From assembly GCA_035193785.1 (NCBI GenBank), contig CP136572.1:2644578-2708577 (forward strand): a stretch of 64,000 bases of DNA, given 5' to 3'. The notes under the pieces are model-generated. The model ran no database searches. It was given only the letters and a program-made list of their open reading frames with translations, and had not been told where the DNA came from. This stretch comes from Planktothrix sp. GU0601_MAG3 (GTDB lineage Bacteria > Cyanobacteriota > Cyanobacteriia > Cyanobacteriales > Microcoleaceae). Below, one piece after another: positions 21,584 to 32,109 of this stretch. A program made the position numbers and the translations under genes. Position 1 is the stretch's first letter. Each line of letters starts with the position of its first letter.

Positions 21584-21886
21584 TTGACATCCTCCCCGCC
21601 GTAAACGGACGGGGATTCCTCACCACGCCACCTTTTTAGGATGGTCGCCGAATGGGGTTGACGCTTCGCAGACCGTTGCTACTTTAAAAGTAGTCTTACA
21701 CTGTCTCCACGTCCGTTTTAAGTCTCGAAATGCCCTCCCGCGACTTGAGTTTAACCTCGTTCACTAAGATAGCCTATCTTAACCCATATTCAGAAAGGGT
21801 TTCTGTGATTGCCTTGAGTTCGAGCAGGTTTCTATCTTAGATTTTGATAGACCTACCTGGCAACTCTATCAAATTTTACTGTGTAT
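21584..21886 (-). mobile_element. non-autonomous IS200/IS605-family element with omegaRNA-like right end, no tnpA/tnpB
   Basis: minus strand: TTGAT immediately 5', left-end hairpin 21843-21873, right end GAATCCCCGTCCGTTTACGGCGGGGAGGATGTCAA. Confidence 0.85.
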
Positions 21887-21948
21887 ATCAAGGGAAAGGG
21901 GCTTGGGTTAGAATAGCAAAGGACTATCAGAACTGGAACAGAACTTTA

Positions 21949-22878
21949 ATGGATGGGTCTGAAGGTGTAACAATTCCCTTACCGCCAGAGGGATATAAGT
22001 CGGGGTTTGTCGGAATTATTGGTCGCCCGAATGTGGGGAAATCGACATTAATGAATCAGATGGTGGGTCAGAAAATCGCCATCACTTCCCCCGTGGCTCA
22101 AACGACGCGCAACCGTCTGCGGGGGATTCTGACCACGGATGAAGCTCAAATTATTTTTGTCGATACCCCCGGAATTCATAAACCCCATCATCAACTGGGT
22201 AAGGTGTTGGTACAAAATGCCAAGTCGGCGATTTCCTCCGTTGATGTTCTGTTGTTGGTGGTCGATGGGTCTGTGGAGGCTGGAGGCGGCGATCGCTATA
22301 TTATTGAGTTACTAGAACAAATCAAAATTCCGGTAATTCTGGGCATGAATAAACTGGATCAACAACCGGAGGATACGGTGATTATTGACCGGAGTTATGG
22401 TCAACTAGCCCAACCATACAACTGGCCCGTGTTCAAGTTTTCAGCATTAACCGGGGAAGGTGTCAATGAATTGCAACAATTATTAATAGATCGTTTAGAT
22501 CCCGGCCCCTATTATTATCCGCCGGATTTAGTTACCGATCAACCGGAACGCTTCATTATTGGGGAACTAATTCGAGAACAGATTTTACTCAACACCCGGG
22601 AAGAAGTCCCCCATTCCGTTGCCATTTCCGTTGACCGGGTGGAGGAAGACCCGAAAATTACTCGGATTTTATCCACAATTTATGTGGAGCGCCCTTCCCA
22701 AAAAGGGATTTTAATTGGCCATCAAGGAAGTATGTTGAAAACCATTGGCAGTGATGCCCGCCAACAAATTCAAAAGTTGATTGATGGTAAGGTCTATTTG
22801 GAGTTATTTGTCAAGGTGCAACCTAAATGGCGTCAGTCCCGCACTCAGTTGGCGGATTTGGGTTATCAAGTTGAATAG
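21949..22878 (+). CDS. era: GTPase Era
   Basis: GRPNVGKST, QTTR, DTPG, NKLD, KH domain; likely start ATG 21949. Confidence 0.95.
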   Translation: MDGSEGVTIPLPPEGYKSGFVGIIGRPNVGKSTLMNQMVGQKIAITSPVAQTTRNRLRGILTTDEAQIIFVDTPGIHKPHHQLGKVLVQNAKSAISSVDVLLLVVDGSVEAGGGDRYIIELLEQIKIPVILGMNKLDQQPEDTVIIDRSYGQLAQPYNWPVFKFSALTGEGVNELQQLLIDRLDPGPYYYPPDLVTDQPERFIIGELIREQILLNTREEVPHSVAISVDRVEEDPKITRILSTIYVERPSQKGILIGHQGSMLKTIGSDARQQIQKLIDGKVYLELFVKVQPKWRQSRTQLADLGYQVE

Positions 22879-22925
22879 GAGTTTCTAGGGAATGGGTCAA
22901 CTTGATTGGCACAGATCAGCCAATT

Positions 22926-22972
22926 TGTTATTGAGCTTTAGCCCCTAGAAGGAGTGCTAAAGCGCAACAACG
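22926..22972. repeat. palindromic repeat / bidirectional terminator
   Basis: TGTTATTGAGCTTTAGC...GCTAAAGCGCAACAACG between convergent genes; same family as 18076-18155. Confidence 0.7.
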
Positions 22973-22981
22973 TGGCTGAGT

Positions 22982-24035
22982 TTATTTCCAACCTGCGCGA
23001 TCCATAATTTGAATTGCCTGGGAATTGAATTTTCCGTAGGCTGCAACATTGATCGAATTACTTTTAAATGTGCCAAAAGTCGCGAGAACAGGAGATACAG
23101 GAACACCCGCAACTACAGGATATTCAAAAGCACTTTGAGCAAAAATCTTTTGAGCTTCAGGACTCGCTAAATGATCTAAAAATTTAATTGCTCCCGCCTT
23201 ATTGGGGGCAGTTTTAATTACCCCAGCCCCGCTAATATTGGTGTGAGTTCCCTGGGCTCTTTGGTTAGGGAAAAATAAACCAACTTTACTGGCGATAGCT
23301 TTATCTTCGGGTTTGGGAGAGGCAATCAAACGCCCTAAATAATAGGTATTAGCTAGGGTTAAAGATCCCACACCCGCCGCCACCGCTTTAATTTGAGAAA
23401 CATCATTTCCCTCCGGGGGTCTGGCAAAATTAGCCACAAATCCTTTCACCCAGGTTTCAGTCGTAGCCGTTTCCACTTTCTCCAATCATCGAAGCCACTA
23501 AGGATTGATTATAGATATTATTAGAAGAACGAGCTACTATCTTTCCTTTCCATTTGGGATTGGCTAAATCTTCGTAGGTAGAAAGTTGAGCCGGATTCAC
23601 CTTAGATTTATTATAAACAATCACCCTCGCCCGTTTAGAAAACCCAAACCAATTACCATTTGGTTCCCTTAAATTCGCTGGAATTACTCGATTTAAAGTA
23701 GCGGAAGAAATAGGTTGAAAAATCCCCTGTTGTTGCGCTCTCCAAAGGTTTCCCGCATCCACGGTAATTAGAATATCCGCCGGACTATTGGCTCCTTCGC
23801 TCTTAATCCGTTCTACCATTTCCTCGGCTTTTCCTTCAACTAGATTAACTTTAATCCCAGTTTTTTTGGTGAAGCTTTCATAGATCTGATTATCCGTATC
23901 GTAATGGCGGGCGGAATAGATATTCAGCACCTGGGGGTTAGCTTGCGATCGCTCCATCGGGCTAAGTCCACCCGCAGCAACTACAGCTAAGGCTGTTCCC
24001 AGGGTGAGAAATCCACGTCTAGTAATTTTGTTCAT
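22982..24035 (-). CDS. futA: Fe(III) ABC transporter substrate-binding protein FutA/IdiA (+1 artefact near 23469-23473)
   Basis: Tat motif TRRGFL, YSARHY, SSNNIYNQSL, ANTYY, EYPV. Confidence 0.9.
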
Positions 24036-24042
24036 CGGGCTT

Positions 24043-24096
24043 TAATGCAATAGTTTATCAAGAAGACAGTATACAGTTAATGCTAGTAATTCTCAA
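24043..24096 (-). promoter_or_regulatory. two Fur-box-like 19-mers upstream of futA
   Basis: TAATGCAATAGTTTATCAA (24043-24061) and TAATGCTAGTAATTCTCAA (24078-24096). Confidence 0.55.
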
Positions 24097-24308
24097 TAAT
24101 TGTTTTTTAAGAACACTTGTGCTAATATAATCGCTTTTTTGCAGTCAATCAATTTGAGGAGAGTTATCCTTATTTTGCAGGGCTTACGGGCTTAAATATC
24201 TGGGTTAAGCTGAATCTGGGTTAGGGAATAAATAATTTAAGTGATTAAGATTCTTTTCTCAAGAGTCTAAAAATATTGCTAATTATAGTCAAATGAGCGG
24301 GATAAAAA

Positions 24309-24347
24309 AATATTCACAGGTCATATTTGCTCCCACCTGTGAATATT
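24309..24347 (-). terminator. hairpin terminator after pentapeptide gene
   Basis: AATATTCACAGGT...ACCTGTGAATATT stem with T-run on minus strand. Confidence 0.7.
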
Positions 24348-24377
24348 GATTGTTGAAATTGAGTATTTCAGCCGCGC

Positions 24378-24891
24378 CTAATCACAATCAAGGGTATCCC
24401 GGGTGTTGCGTCCGGTGACGGGATTAGTTCCGGTTGCGACTTTGCAGAGGGTTTTTAGGGAATCCTTGCGTAACATTACATCGGTGAAATCAGCCCCGTC
24501 AATAATTGCCCCTTCAAATTCGGCATTATAGGCATAGGCGCCTTCGAGAATTGCGTTGGTCAGGTTGGTTCGCCTAAAACGGGCCATGTCCAGGGTAGAA
24601 TTTCTCAGATCTGCGCCTTCGAGGTTGACATCTTGGAGTTTCGCTCCAAATAAACTGACTCCCCGTAAATCCGTATGGCTAAAGTTGCTTCCGCGTAAAT
24701 TGGCAAAGCCAAATTCTGAGTCGGTGAGAACTTGGCCAGAAAAATCGGCATTTAATAAAGTCCGCTTTTCATAATTTTCAGCTAGGGCTGATGGGGTTTT
24801 TAATAGGGTTAGAAACCATCCAAAAACTGATTACCAGTAAAATTCCTAGGGTCTTCAGGGGTGAGAATATTCTCAAATTTATCAGATTCAT
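24378..24891 (-). CDS. exported pentapeptide-repeat protein (+1 artefact at 24812-24816)
   Basis: repaired signal peptide ...SALA/E, ANLRG/TDLRG/ADLRN repeats, GTNPVTGRNTRDTLDC end. Confidence 0.85.
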
Positions 24892-24967
24892 ATTTTTTCT
24901 GGGATCAATCAACATTTTCAGATAAAATTCGTACTTACCAATTATTGTATTTCTAATCCTAGATCCG

Positions 24968-25435
24968 ATGTCTAAATCAAGGGTAATTGGTTCTTTAGGG
25001 GAAAAACTGGTTGGCCATTGGTTAGAAACACAAGGCTGGCAGATTTTGCATCATCAATGGCATTGTCGATATGGAGAAATTGATTTAATTGCTGTTGAAA
25101 CGGGAGAATCGGGAATTTTGACTTTAAGTTTTATTGAAGTGAAAACTCGTAGTCAACGGAATTGGGATCAGGGGGGACTTTTAGCCATTACTCCAAAAAA
25201 GCAAGCCAAAATTATTCGATCGGCTGAATTATTTTTAAGCGATCGCCCCCAATTCCTAGAATACCCCTGTCGGTTTGATGTGGCTTTGGTTAGTTGTGTT
25301 CGCTACCCAGGTCTGACCTCTATCCCAGAGGAAGTTTCCAGCTTTTCCCCGCGTATAAATATTGGTCAGTCTGTATTGATAAACGGCCACCAACTGATTC
25401 TACAAGACTATATTGAATCAGCATTTAGCGAATAA
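24968..25435 (+). CDS. YraN/UPF0102 family protein
   Basis: GEIDLIA, FIEVKTR, CRFDV. Confidence 0.9.
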   Translation: MSKSRVIGSLGEKLVGHWLETQGWQILHHQWHCRYGEIDLIAVETGESGILTLSFIEVKTRSQRNWDQGGLLAITPKKQAKIIRSAELFLSDRPQFLEYPCRFDVALVSCVRYPGLTSIPEEVSSFSPRINIGQSVLINGHQLILQDYIESAFSE

Positions 25436-25444
25436 TCGAGGAAA

Positions 25445-25835
25445 TTAGGCTAAGGCTTCGGGACAATACCCTAAACCCCTAACAAATTGGGTTCGGAAGG
25501 ACTCGACATCTTCGCGGTTAGGAATTCCATGGGAAACCACCGCGACTTGGTAACGACGCATGACACTCAGGGGAGATTGTCCGGTTTCCAAACCCCAAAG
25601 GGCCATTAAAATTCGCATATCGGGTTCGTATGGAACACCCAATTCCTGCATAAAAGCTCTAAAGTCTCCATGTTTCTTGGGGGGTGAGATATTCAGACAT
25701 TTTGACTTTAATAATCCAGCCGTTAATTTGGTGAATCACCGTAATAAACTGAACGGGGAGAGAATTATTTGAACATAAAAAGTCTATGACTCTCAGGGTA
25801 AGACTTGTATTGGCAAGGTAGTAAAGGTATTCCAT
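25445..25835 (-). CDS. conserved cyanobacterial hypothetical protein (+1 artefact at 25672-25676)
   Basis: MEYLYYLANTSLTLRV... repaired PQEHGDFRAFMQELG...GLGYCPEALA. Confidence 0.8.
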
Positions 25836-26219
25836 CGGTGATCTCCTGCATGATTGTTCCGCCTGTTTGTTGCTAAACTCCAGTCTGAAACTCTGCAACA
25901 AAGAGCAATAGGGGCGGTATTTTTGCTTGTCTTGTGTACCCGTTTATCCAGGTCTGAAGTTGAAACGGAGCCAAAAATGATTGGACTCTCATAAACGCCA
26001 GATTCTGTAGGCAACATAACCCTATACCTATCTATATTGACAAGATTAGGGATAATAAGATAGGGGAAAAGCACCCGATTTTTCATGGGGGATTCTACCC
26101 AAAACGTCCTTCAGATCAAGATATAACTAATCTAAATTACCACAGGGATCAGCAAATATTGAGTTGCTCTTCCATGAGATAATGTATAAAAAAATTTGGG
26201 TCAAGGACAATTAGAAAAA

Positions 26220-27356
26220 ATGGATCAGTTAGATTATAAGTTAGAAAGCTATAGTTATGAATTACCAGAAGAACGGATTGCCCAAAATCCGGTTGTACCG
26301 AGGGATCACTCCCGTTTACTCGTTGTAGATTCTCCAGACTCCCATTTTCACCGTCTATTTAAAGATTTGCCTGAGTTTCTTAAACCGGGGGATTTACTTG
26401 TACTTAATAATACCCGTGTACTTCCGGCCCGTCTGTATGGACACAAAAGTAGTGGGGCGGCGGTGGAAGTCCTGTTACTGGAAGAAAAACAGCATCATTG
26501 CTGGTTGGCCTTAGTCAAACCGGGTAAAAAATTTCAACCAGGTTCTGTAATTGAGTTTGAACTGAATTCTGCCTCAAAAAATAATTGGAATTGTGAAACA
26601 TTGCGGGCGACGGTATTAGAAACCGATGAAGAAACTGGGGGAAGGTTATTAAAATTTGAAATCCCACCCTGTAAGTCTCTAATTCCGTTTTTAGAAGCCT
26701 TTGGTAATGTTCCGTTTCCTCCATATTTGACGGAAACCGCAGCCTTACCGGAACAATATCAAACGATTTATGCAGAACATTCCGGGGCCGTCGCCGCACC
26801 AACTGCGGGGTTACATTTCACTGAAGAATTATTTCAGAGTTTACAATTAAAAGGAATTGAGCGAACCTTTTTAACTTTGCACGTCGGAGTTGGAACTTTT
26901 CGACCTGTAGAAGTCGATTATATTATCGACCATCAAATGCACGGAGAATGGATTGAAGTCCCGGCGGAAACCTGGGAAAAAATTGCAAAAACCAAAGCAT
27001 CTGGGGGGAGGGTTATTGCCGTGGGAACTACCTCTGCACGGGCATTAGAAGGGGCTGCGATCGCCCTTTCCCAAGCTACAGAAGCCTCCCAAGAATCAGG
27101 GACTACAGGCTATTGTGGGAAGACTGATATTTTTATTTATCCTGGATATCAATGGAAAATTATTGATGGATTAATTACTAATTTTCACTTACCTAAATCT
27201 AGTTTATTAATGTTAGTTTCGGCATTAATTGGACGGGAACGTTTACTAGATTTATACCAACAGGTTTTGGAAGAACCTGCCAATGAATTTGGACAACAAT
27301 ATCGGTTCTATTCCTTTGGAGATGCCATGTTTATTGCTCCAGAAAGTGTGTTGTGA
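26220..27356 (+). CDS. queA: S-adenosylmethionine:tRNA ribosyltransferase-isomerase
   Basis: YELPEERIAQNP, AAPTAGLHF, LHVGVGTF, TNFHLPKS, YSFGDAM. Confidence 0.95.
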   Translation: MDQLDYKLESYSYELPEERIAQNPVVPRDHSRLLVVDSPDSHFHRLFKDLPEFLKPGDLLVLNNTRVLPARLYGHKSSGAAVEVLLLEEKQHHCWLALVKPGKKFQPGSVIEFELNSASKNNWNCETLRATVLETDEETGGRLLKFEIPPCKSLIPFLEAFGNVPFPPYLTETAALPEQYQTIYAEHSGAVAAPTAGLHFTEELFQSLQLKGIERTFLTLHVGVGTFRPVEVDYIIDHQMHGEWIEVPAETWEKIAKTKASGGRVIAVGTTSARALEGAAIALSQATEASQESGTTGYCGKTDIFIYPGYQWKIIDGLITNFHLPKSSLLMLVSALIGRERLLDLYQQVLEEPANEFGQQYRFYSFGDAMFIAPESVL

Positions 27357-27359
27357 AGC

Positions 27360-27443
27360 GGGGAATGGGGAATGGGGAATGGGTTTTGGGCAATGGGTTT
27401 TGGGTAATGGGTAATGGGTTTTGGGTTTTGGGTTTTGGGTAAT
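27360..27443. repeat. mixed heptamer STRR (GGGGAAT/GGGTTTT/GGGTAAT)
   Basis: tandem 7-mers. Confidence 0.9.
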
Positions 27444-27455
27444 AGAAGGAGTTTA

Positions 27456-27637
27456 CCTCCCCCTGCTCCCCTACTCCCCCTGCCTCCCCTGCCTCCCCTG
27501 CCTCCCCTGCCTCCCCTGCCTCCCCTGCCTCCCCTGCCTCCCCTGCCTCCCCTGCCTCCCCTGCCTCCCCTGCCCCCCTACTCCCCCTGCCTCCCCTGCC
27601 TCCCCTGCCTCCCCTCTTCCCTCTTCCCTCTTCCCTG
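27456..27637. repeat. (CCTCCCCTG)n nonamer tandem repeat
   Basis: about 17 near-perfect 9-mers then (CTCTTCC)n. Confidence 0.95.
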
Positions 27638-27645
27638 CTATCAAA

Positions 27646-28249
27646 TCAGGACTTGTTTTTTTTCCCAATTAATTGATCAACTAAATTTTTATGGTAATTG
27701 GGTGGAACTTTCACCACTTCGCGGTGGGGCGGGGTGGGGGTGGGGGCTGGGGTTGCGGGACGGGAGGCTTGAGCTTGAGTCGGGACAGAATTAGTATAGG
27801 GGGGACGTCCGAAGCCTAGAATGATTCCCCGAGTTTCGGGTGCGACGCATGACTTCACCCCCATTGGCATCATTACCCACTCCCGTATTCCCCTCAATAC
27901 TGATAATACTGCCATCGGATTTAACCGATTCTACGATCCCAACATGATCGGCAATTCCATCCCCCCGCCAACAGAAAAAGACCACATCCCCGGCTTTTGG
28001 CTCCTGAAACCACTGGCCCCGTTGTCTAAACCAGGACACCCCATCGGGACAGTAGGCGAACCCTTTGGCACTTCTGATGGGCAGGGGTAGGCCAATTTTG
28101 TCAAAACAATAGGAGATAAAAATTGCACACCAAGGAACATAATTCATGCCGTACCATTGGCCATACTTATTACCATTACTACCCGGGGGATATTCGGTAT
28201 ATCCAACTTCACCCGCAGCAATATTAATTAAATTACCTACAGTTGTCAT
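27646..28249 (-). CDS. CHAP-domain amidase/endopeptidase with Pro-rich tail (+1 artefact at 27833-27837)
   Basis: PWCAIF, DHVGIVE, IEGNT; repaired RRTRTRGIILGFGRPPY. Confidence 0.85.
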
Positions 28250-28484
28250 AAGAATTCTCCAAAACTTTAAATTGATTTGGGATAGTTTAGGCTAATCCGT
28301 GCGTCACCTATTGATTTTGGGATGAGATTTTCCGCCTTTACTACCAATATTTTACTCTTTTTTTTCTAACATAGGGAGTCAAGGTTTTTATCCGGTGAAG
28401 TCAATTAAAGAAAGATCGCACCCGAATTCCCATTCCATTTTTACTTTCAAGGAGATTTCTGGGTAATCCGAATTAATTCTAAAA

Positions 28485-29574
28485 TCAGGAATAATTTTGA
28501 TTTGTGCGTTTAATTTGTTCCTGCTCTATGGCCTCAAATAAGGCTCTAAAATTACCTTCTCCAAAACCTTGAGCCTGTCTGATTTCACCTCCAATTGTAC
28601 AAAACTTTCGTTCAATAAATTCCAAGAAAAATGTCGGTTTTTCAAAAATAGGCTGGCTAAAAATTTGTAATAGCATTGCTTCCGGGTTTACTGCTTCCCA
28701 ATCTGCTAAGATTTGGTTGGATTTTAATGCTTCCCAATTAAATAATAAGGGTTGATCAATCCACCGTTTTTGCAATTGCAGATAATATTCATCGGGAACC
28801 GTTAAAAAAGATAATCCTCTTTGTTTTAAAAAATTAACTTTTTGGACTAAATCAGAGGTTTTTAGGGCAATATGTTGAATCCCTGAGCCTTGATTGATGT
28901 CCAAAAATTCTTGAATCTGAGAATTAGTTGATGCGGGTTCATTGATAGGAAACTGAACTTTACCTTGGGAATGAACCATAACTTGACTTTGTAATCCAGA
29001 GCGTTTCCGTTTGAATATCAAAAATTTGTTTGGGTTGAAATCCCAAATGATTTTGATACCAAGAAATTGCGGTTTTTAAGTCTCCTGATTCTACATTTAA
29101 AACAACATGATCAATAGCCAGATCATGGGGGGAAGATATCGGCATAATATCGAAAAAACCAGGAATAGCTTTCCCAGGTATTGTTCCTATTTGTTCAACT
29201 AAAGTATGACGTAAACCCTGCCATCCTTCTAGGGTTAACCATTTTAATTTTCCCCCCGAATATTCCTGATATTTTAAGGGAGAAATTATCCGAACTCCTT
29301 GTTTAACAAGCCGTTCAAGTCTTAATTCTAAGTCTTGAACTTGAAAAGCAATGTCGGCAACACCCGAAGGATGAAACTGCAAAAATTTACTAACAGGACT
29401 CTCAACTGTTAGAGGTGAAGATAAGAGGAAATAAACTGAACCTTGGCAAACAATTTCTGTTTTGGTATGACCAAAGTTCCGGCTCCCAGTGCCTTGAAAT
29501 CCCAACTTATTTATAAACCAGTCCCGTGTTCGTTGGGCATCTTGAACATAGAAATGGATATGATCAAACTCCAT
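28485..29574 (-). CDS. hppD: 4-hydroxyphenylpyruvate dioxygenase (+1 artefact at 29003-29007)
   Basis: IDHVVLNV, INEP, SQIQEFL, GIQHIAL, LQIF, GFGEGNFRALFEAIE. Confidence 0.95.
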
Positions 29575-29610
29575 AATTCTTCGTTCAATAGGCAATCATA
29601 TAATATAAAT

Positions 29611-30318
29611 TTAGAAAAATAAATGGCTTTCCGGTTGAATATTAATTTCCATGGGAACCGCTTGGGGCTCGGCCGATAAAGCAAACATAATAGAATTAGC
29701 TGCGGTTTCTGCACTCAACATTTTTGAGCGGTCAACTTTTAAACTGACATTATCCCAAAAGGGTGTATCCACGCCGCCAAAATAAAATAAGGTGACTTTA
29801 ATTCCATAGCGTCTAACTTCATCCGCAAAACATTTACTAAAACCCACTAAACCAAATTTAGAGGCACAATAGGCGCTAGACATTGCCATCGAATGTTTAC
29901 CCAAAATTCCCACAACATTACAGATATGTCCTGATTTTTGTTGCTTCATAATATTAGCAGCAGCTTGACAAGTATAAACCGAGCCCTTTAAATTGAGATC
30001 TAACATGGCATCTAAATCAGCCGGTTCAATTTTATTCCATTGTTTTAAAATTCCCGCCCCCGCCGCATTCACTAAAATATCAATTTGACCGAAATAATCG
30101 ACTGTTTTTTGAATTAAACCCTCGACTTGTTGGGGGTCGGTGATATCCGTTGGCACGGTTAACAATTCCGTTGGGCTTAACTCCATCGCCAGGGCTTCCA
30201 ATTGACTACTATTTCTGGCGACTAACACCAGCTTTGCCCCTGTTTGGGCCAATTTTCTGGCGACGGCTGCTCCAATTCCTCCGGTGGCGCCCACAATCAC
30301 AGCGACTTTGTTGTGCAT
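29611..30318 (-). CDS. SDR family oxidoreductase
   Basis: GATGGIG, VNAAG, YCASK. Confidence 0.9.
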   Translation of the reverse strand: MHNKVAVIVGATGGIGAAVARKLAQTGAKLVLVARNSSQLEALAMELSPTELLTVPTDITDPQQVEGLIQKTVDYFGQIDILVNAAGAGILKQWNKIEPADLDAMLDLNLKGSVYTCQAAANIMKQQKSGHICNVVGILGKHSMAMSSAYCASKFGLVGFSKCFADEVRRYGIKVTLFYFGGVDTPFWDNVSLKVDRSKMLSAETAANSIMFALSAEPQAVPMEINIQPESHLFF

Positions 30319-30376
30319 TTTTCTTTACATTTCTTAACAATCATCCTTTTTAGTATAGCAAATTATCGTTACCTCT

Positions 30377-30402
30377 GTAGAGACGTGCCACGGCGCGTCT
30401 CT
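30377..30402. repeat. GTAG palindromic dispersed repeat (variant)
   Basis: GTAGAGACGTGCCACGGCGCGTCTCT. Confidence 0.85.
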
Positions 30403-30503
30403 CAAACTCTTTCTTTCTCTAACTCTCCAACGTCTCTAAGTTAAGCCTTTATAAAAATTTACCGCAGTTTCGAGTCCCTGCACAGATAGGCTGTGGCGCA
30501 TCT

Positions 30504-31898
30504 CTAGGGAGAATTTAACTTGACTCTCCAATCTCTATCGGTTTTTTCTAAATTAAAGACGGTACTTACACTTAATAGCTTTTGAAAATTGCCACCCAAT
30601 CTTAATTTTTTAATAATTTTAGTAATAGAAATGCCATACTTTTGATGAAATTGGGTTCCTAGAACAGACAGAGAAACATTATCCTCCGATGAATTTAAAG
30701 TTAGTTCTTTGAAGATTTTAACTAAGGCGGTTTCTAAATCTTCTAAGGAATCAATCAGAGTCTTTTGAGATAATTCCGTACTTAATAAAGCTGGGGGTTC
30801 GATAACAGAAGATTGAATCTCGAATAGGGTGACATAGCTGGGGGATTTTTCCGAAGATTTATGGACGACAAAAATATGGGGATTTTTAACAAATATATCT
30901 CTGGCTTGATAATCCGAAAAATGGGCAGCCACCACTTGACTAATCGTTAAATTGTAGGCATCTTTATATAAAAGATCAACTCGATTAAGTTTAATCCATT
31001 GACAGTGAGAGCGTTTTTGTTCTAGTTTGATAACCTCTTGTAATTGTAGAATAAATTGATCTAAAGTAGGAATTTGAGGGGCGGTTTTTAAGGAATAAGT
31101 ATCCACTTGACTGGTGCGGGTATTCAGCACTGTAAGATTAGTTTTATTTTTAGTCACTTGATAAACGGTTAAACCATGGGTTTGTAGGGCGTTACACAAA
31201 TGGGTTAAGCCACGGTCAGAGGAACAAACTAAAACCTCTTTTGCCGTGGGATAATGTACAAAAATAGATGAGCCCACCGTTGACATTTTCAAATCTGCAC
31301 TATCTTTTCCCGGGGGAACATGAATTAATTGATAACTGCGTTGATGATATTCTAAATCCTTTTTTCCCATACTCCGCCAGTTAGCAAAGGCGACTTTAAT
31401 TTGCATAGGATATAAGCAAATAGTCTCTAAAAATTTCTCCGTTTCTATATCTAAAGTCAGATTTTCTACATCTAATAATAAAATACTAATTCCGCTTTCC
31501 CTAGGATTTCGGCCATTCAATAATAGGTGAGAAGAAGAATGCTCAACGAGGGGATAATGAGCAAATAGGGCCGCCACATTGGGGTCTGTCAGTTGTTCGA
31601 GTTTAGTAATTAATACTTGATATTCAGGAGAATGTAAAAATTCAACACTAAATAAACGGCTTAAATAAGCTTTAAGTTTTACGAATAAAGTCTCTCGATT
31701 TCGAGCTTGACTTAATCCCTGATTCAGTTGACGAATCAGTGAGGATTGATGTTCTGATTTTTGCCAAGGAATATGGCGATAACGGGGATTAATCCAGTGA
31801 GGATATTGAACGTTCACTAATGTTCGACAAACATAGTGACTAATGGCAGGAACAACCAGGGTTCCATTCTCTTGAATTGTGTTGGTTTGCTCGAACAT
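30504..31898 (-). CDS. NYN (PIN-like) domain protein with C-terminal OST-HTH/LOTUS-like domains
   Basis: LLDVENL, GKDSADLKM, SSDRGL acidic motifs; LSVLGTQFHQKYG winged-helix pattern. Confidence 0.75.
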   Translation of the reverse strand: MFEQTNTIQENGTLVVPAISHYVCRTLVNVQYPHWINPRYRHIPWQKSEHQSSLIRQLNQGLSQARNRETLFVKLKAYLSRLFSVEFLHSPEYQVLITKLEQLTDPNVAALFAHYPLVEHSSSHLLLNGRNPRESGISILLLDVENLTLDIETEKFLETICLYPMQIKVAFANWRSMGKKDLEYHQRSYQLIHVPPGKDSADLKMSTVGSSIFVHYPTAKEVLVCSSDRGLTHLCNALQTHGLTVYQVTKNKTNLTVLNTRTSQVDTYSLKTAPQIPTLDQFILQLQEVIKLEQKRSHCQWIKLNRVDLLYKDAYNLTISQVVAAHFSDYQARDIFVKNPHIFVVHKSSEKSPSYVTLFEIQSSVIEPPALLSTELSQKTLIDSLEDLETALVKIFKELTLNSSEDNVSLSVLGTQFHQKYGISITKIIKKLRLGGNFQKLLSVSTVFNLEKTDRDWRVKLNSP

Positions 31899-32109
31899 AA
31901 CCGATACAAAAATGCTAACAATTCTATCTTGAATCCTAGTAGCATAGTGACATTATACCTGAAAAGCTCAATGTGATCTAAAAAAATCACCGAACAGAAA
32001 AAATAAATTGGGTATAACGCCGGAATAGGGCAAATCGTGAATTTTTCCCATGGCAAACACAACCTGGGATAATCCCAAAATTAAGTTTAATCATACCCCT
32101 AACATTAAC

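Noticed and set aside
21844..21948. N-terminal extension of Era
   Set aside because: TTG start lies within the left end of the IS element; ATG 21949 gives a normal length.
27414..27794. PPL/CLP/GRQ repeat ORFs
   Set aside because: Stop-free readings of the nonamer repeat in several frames.
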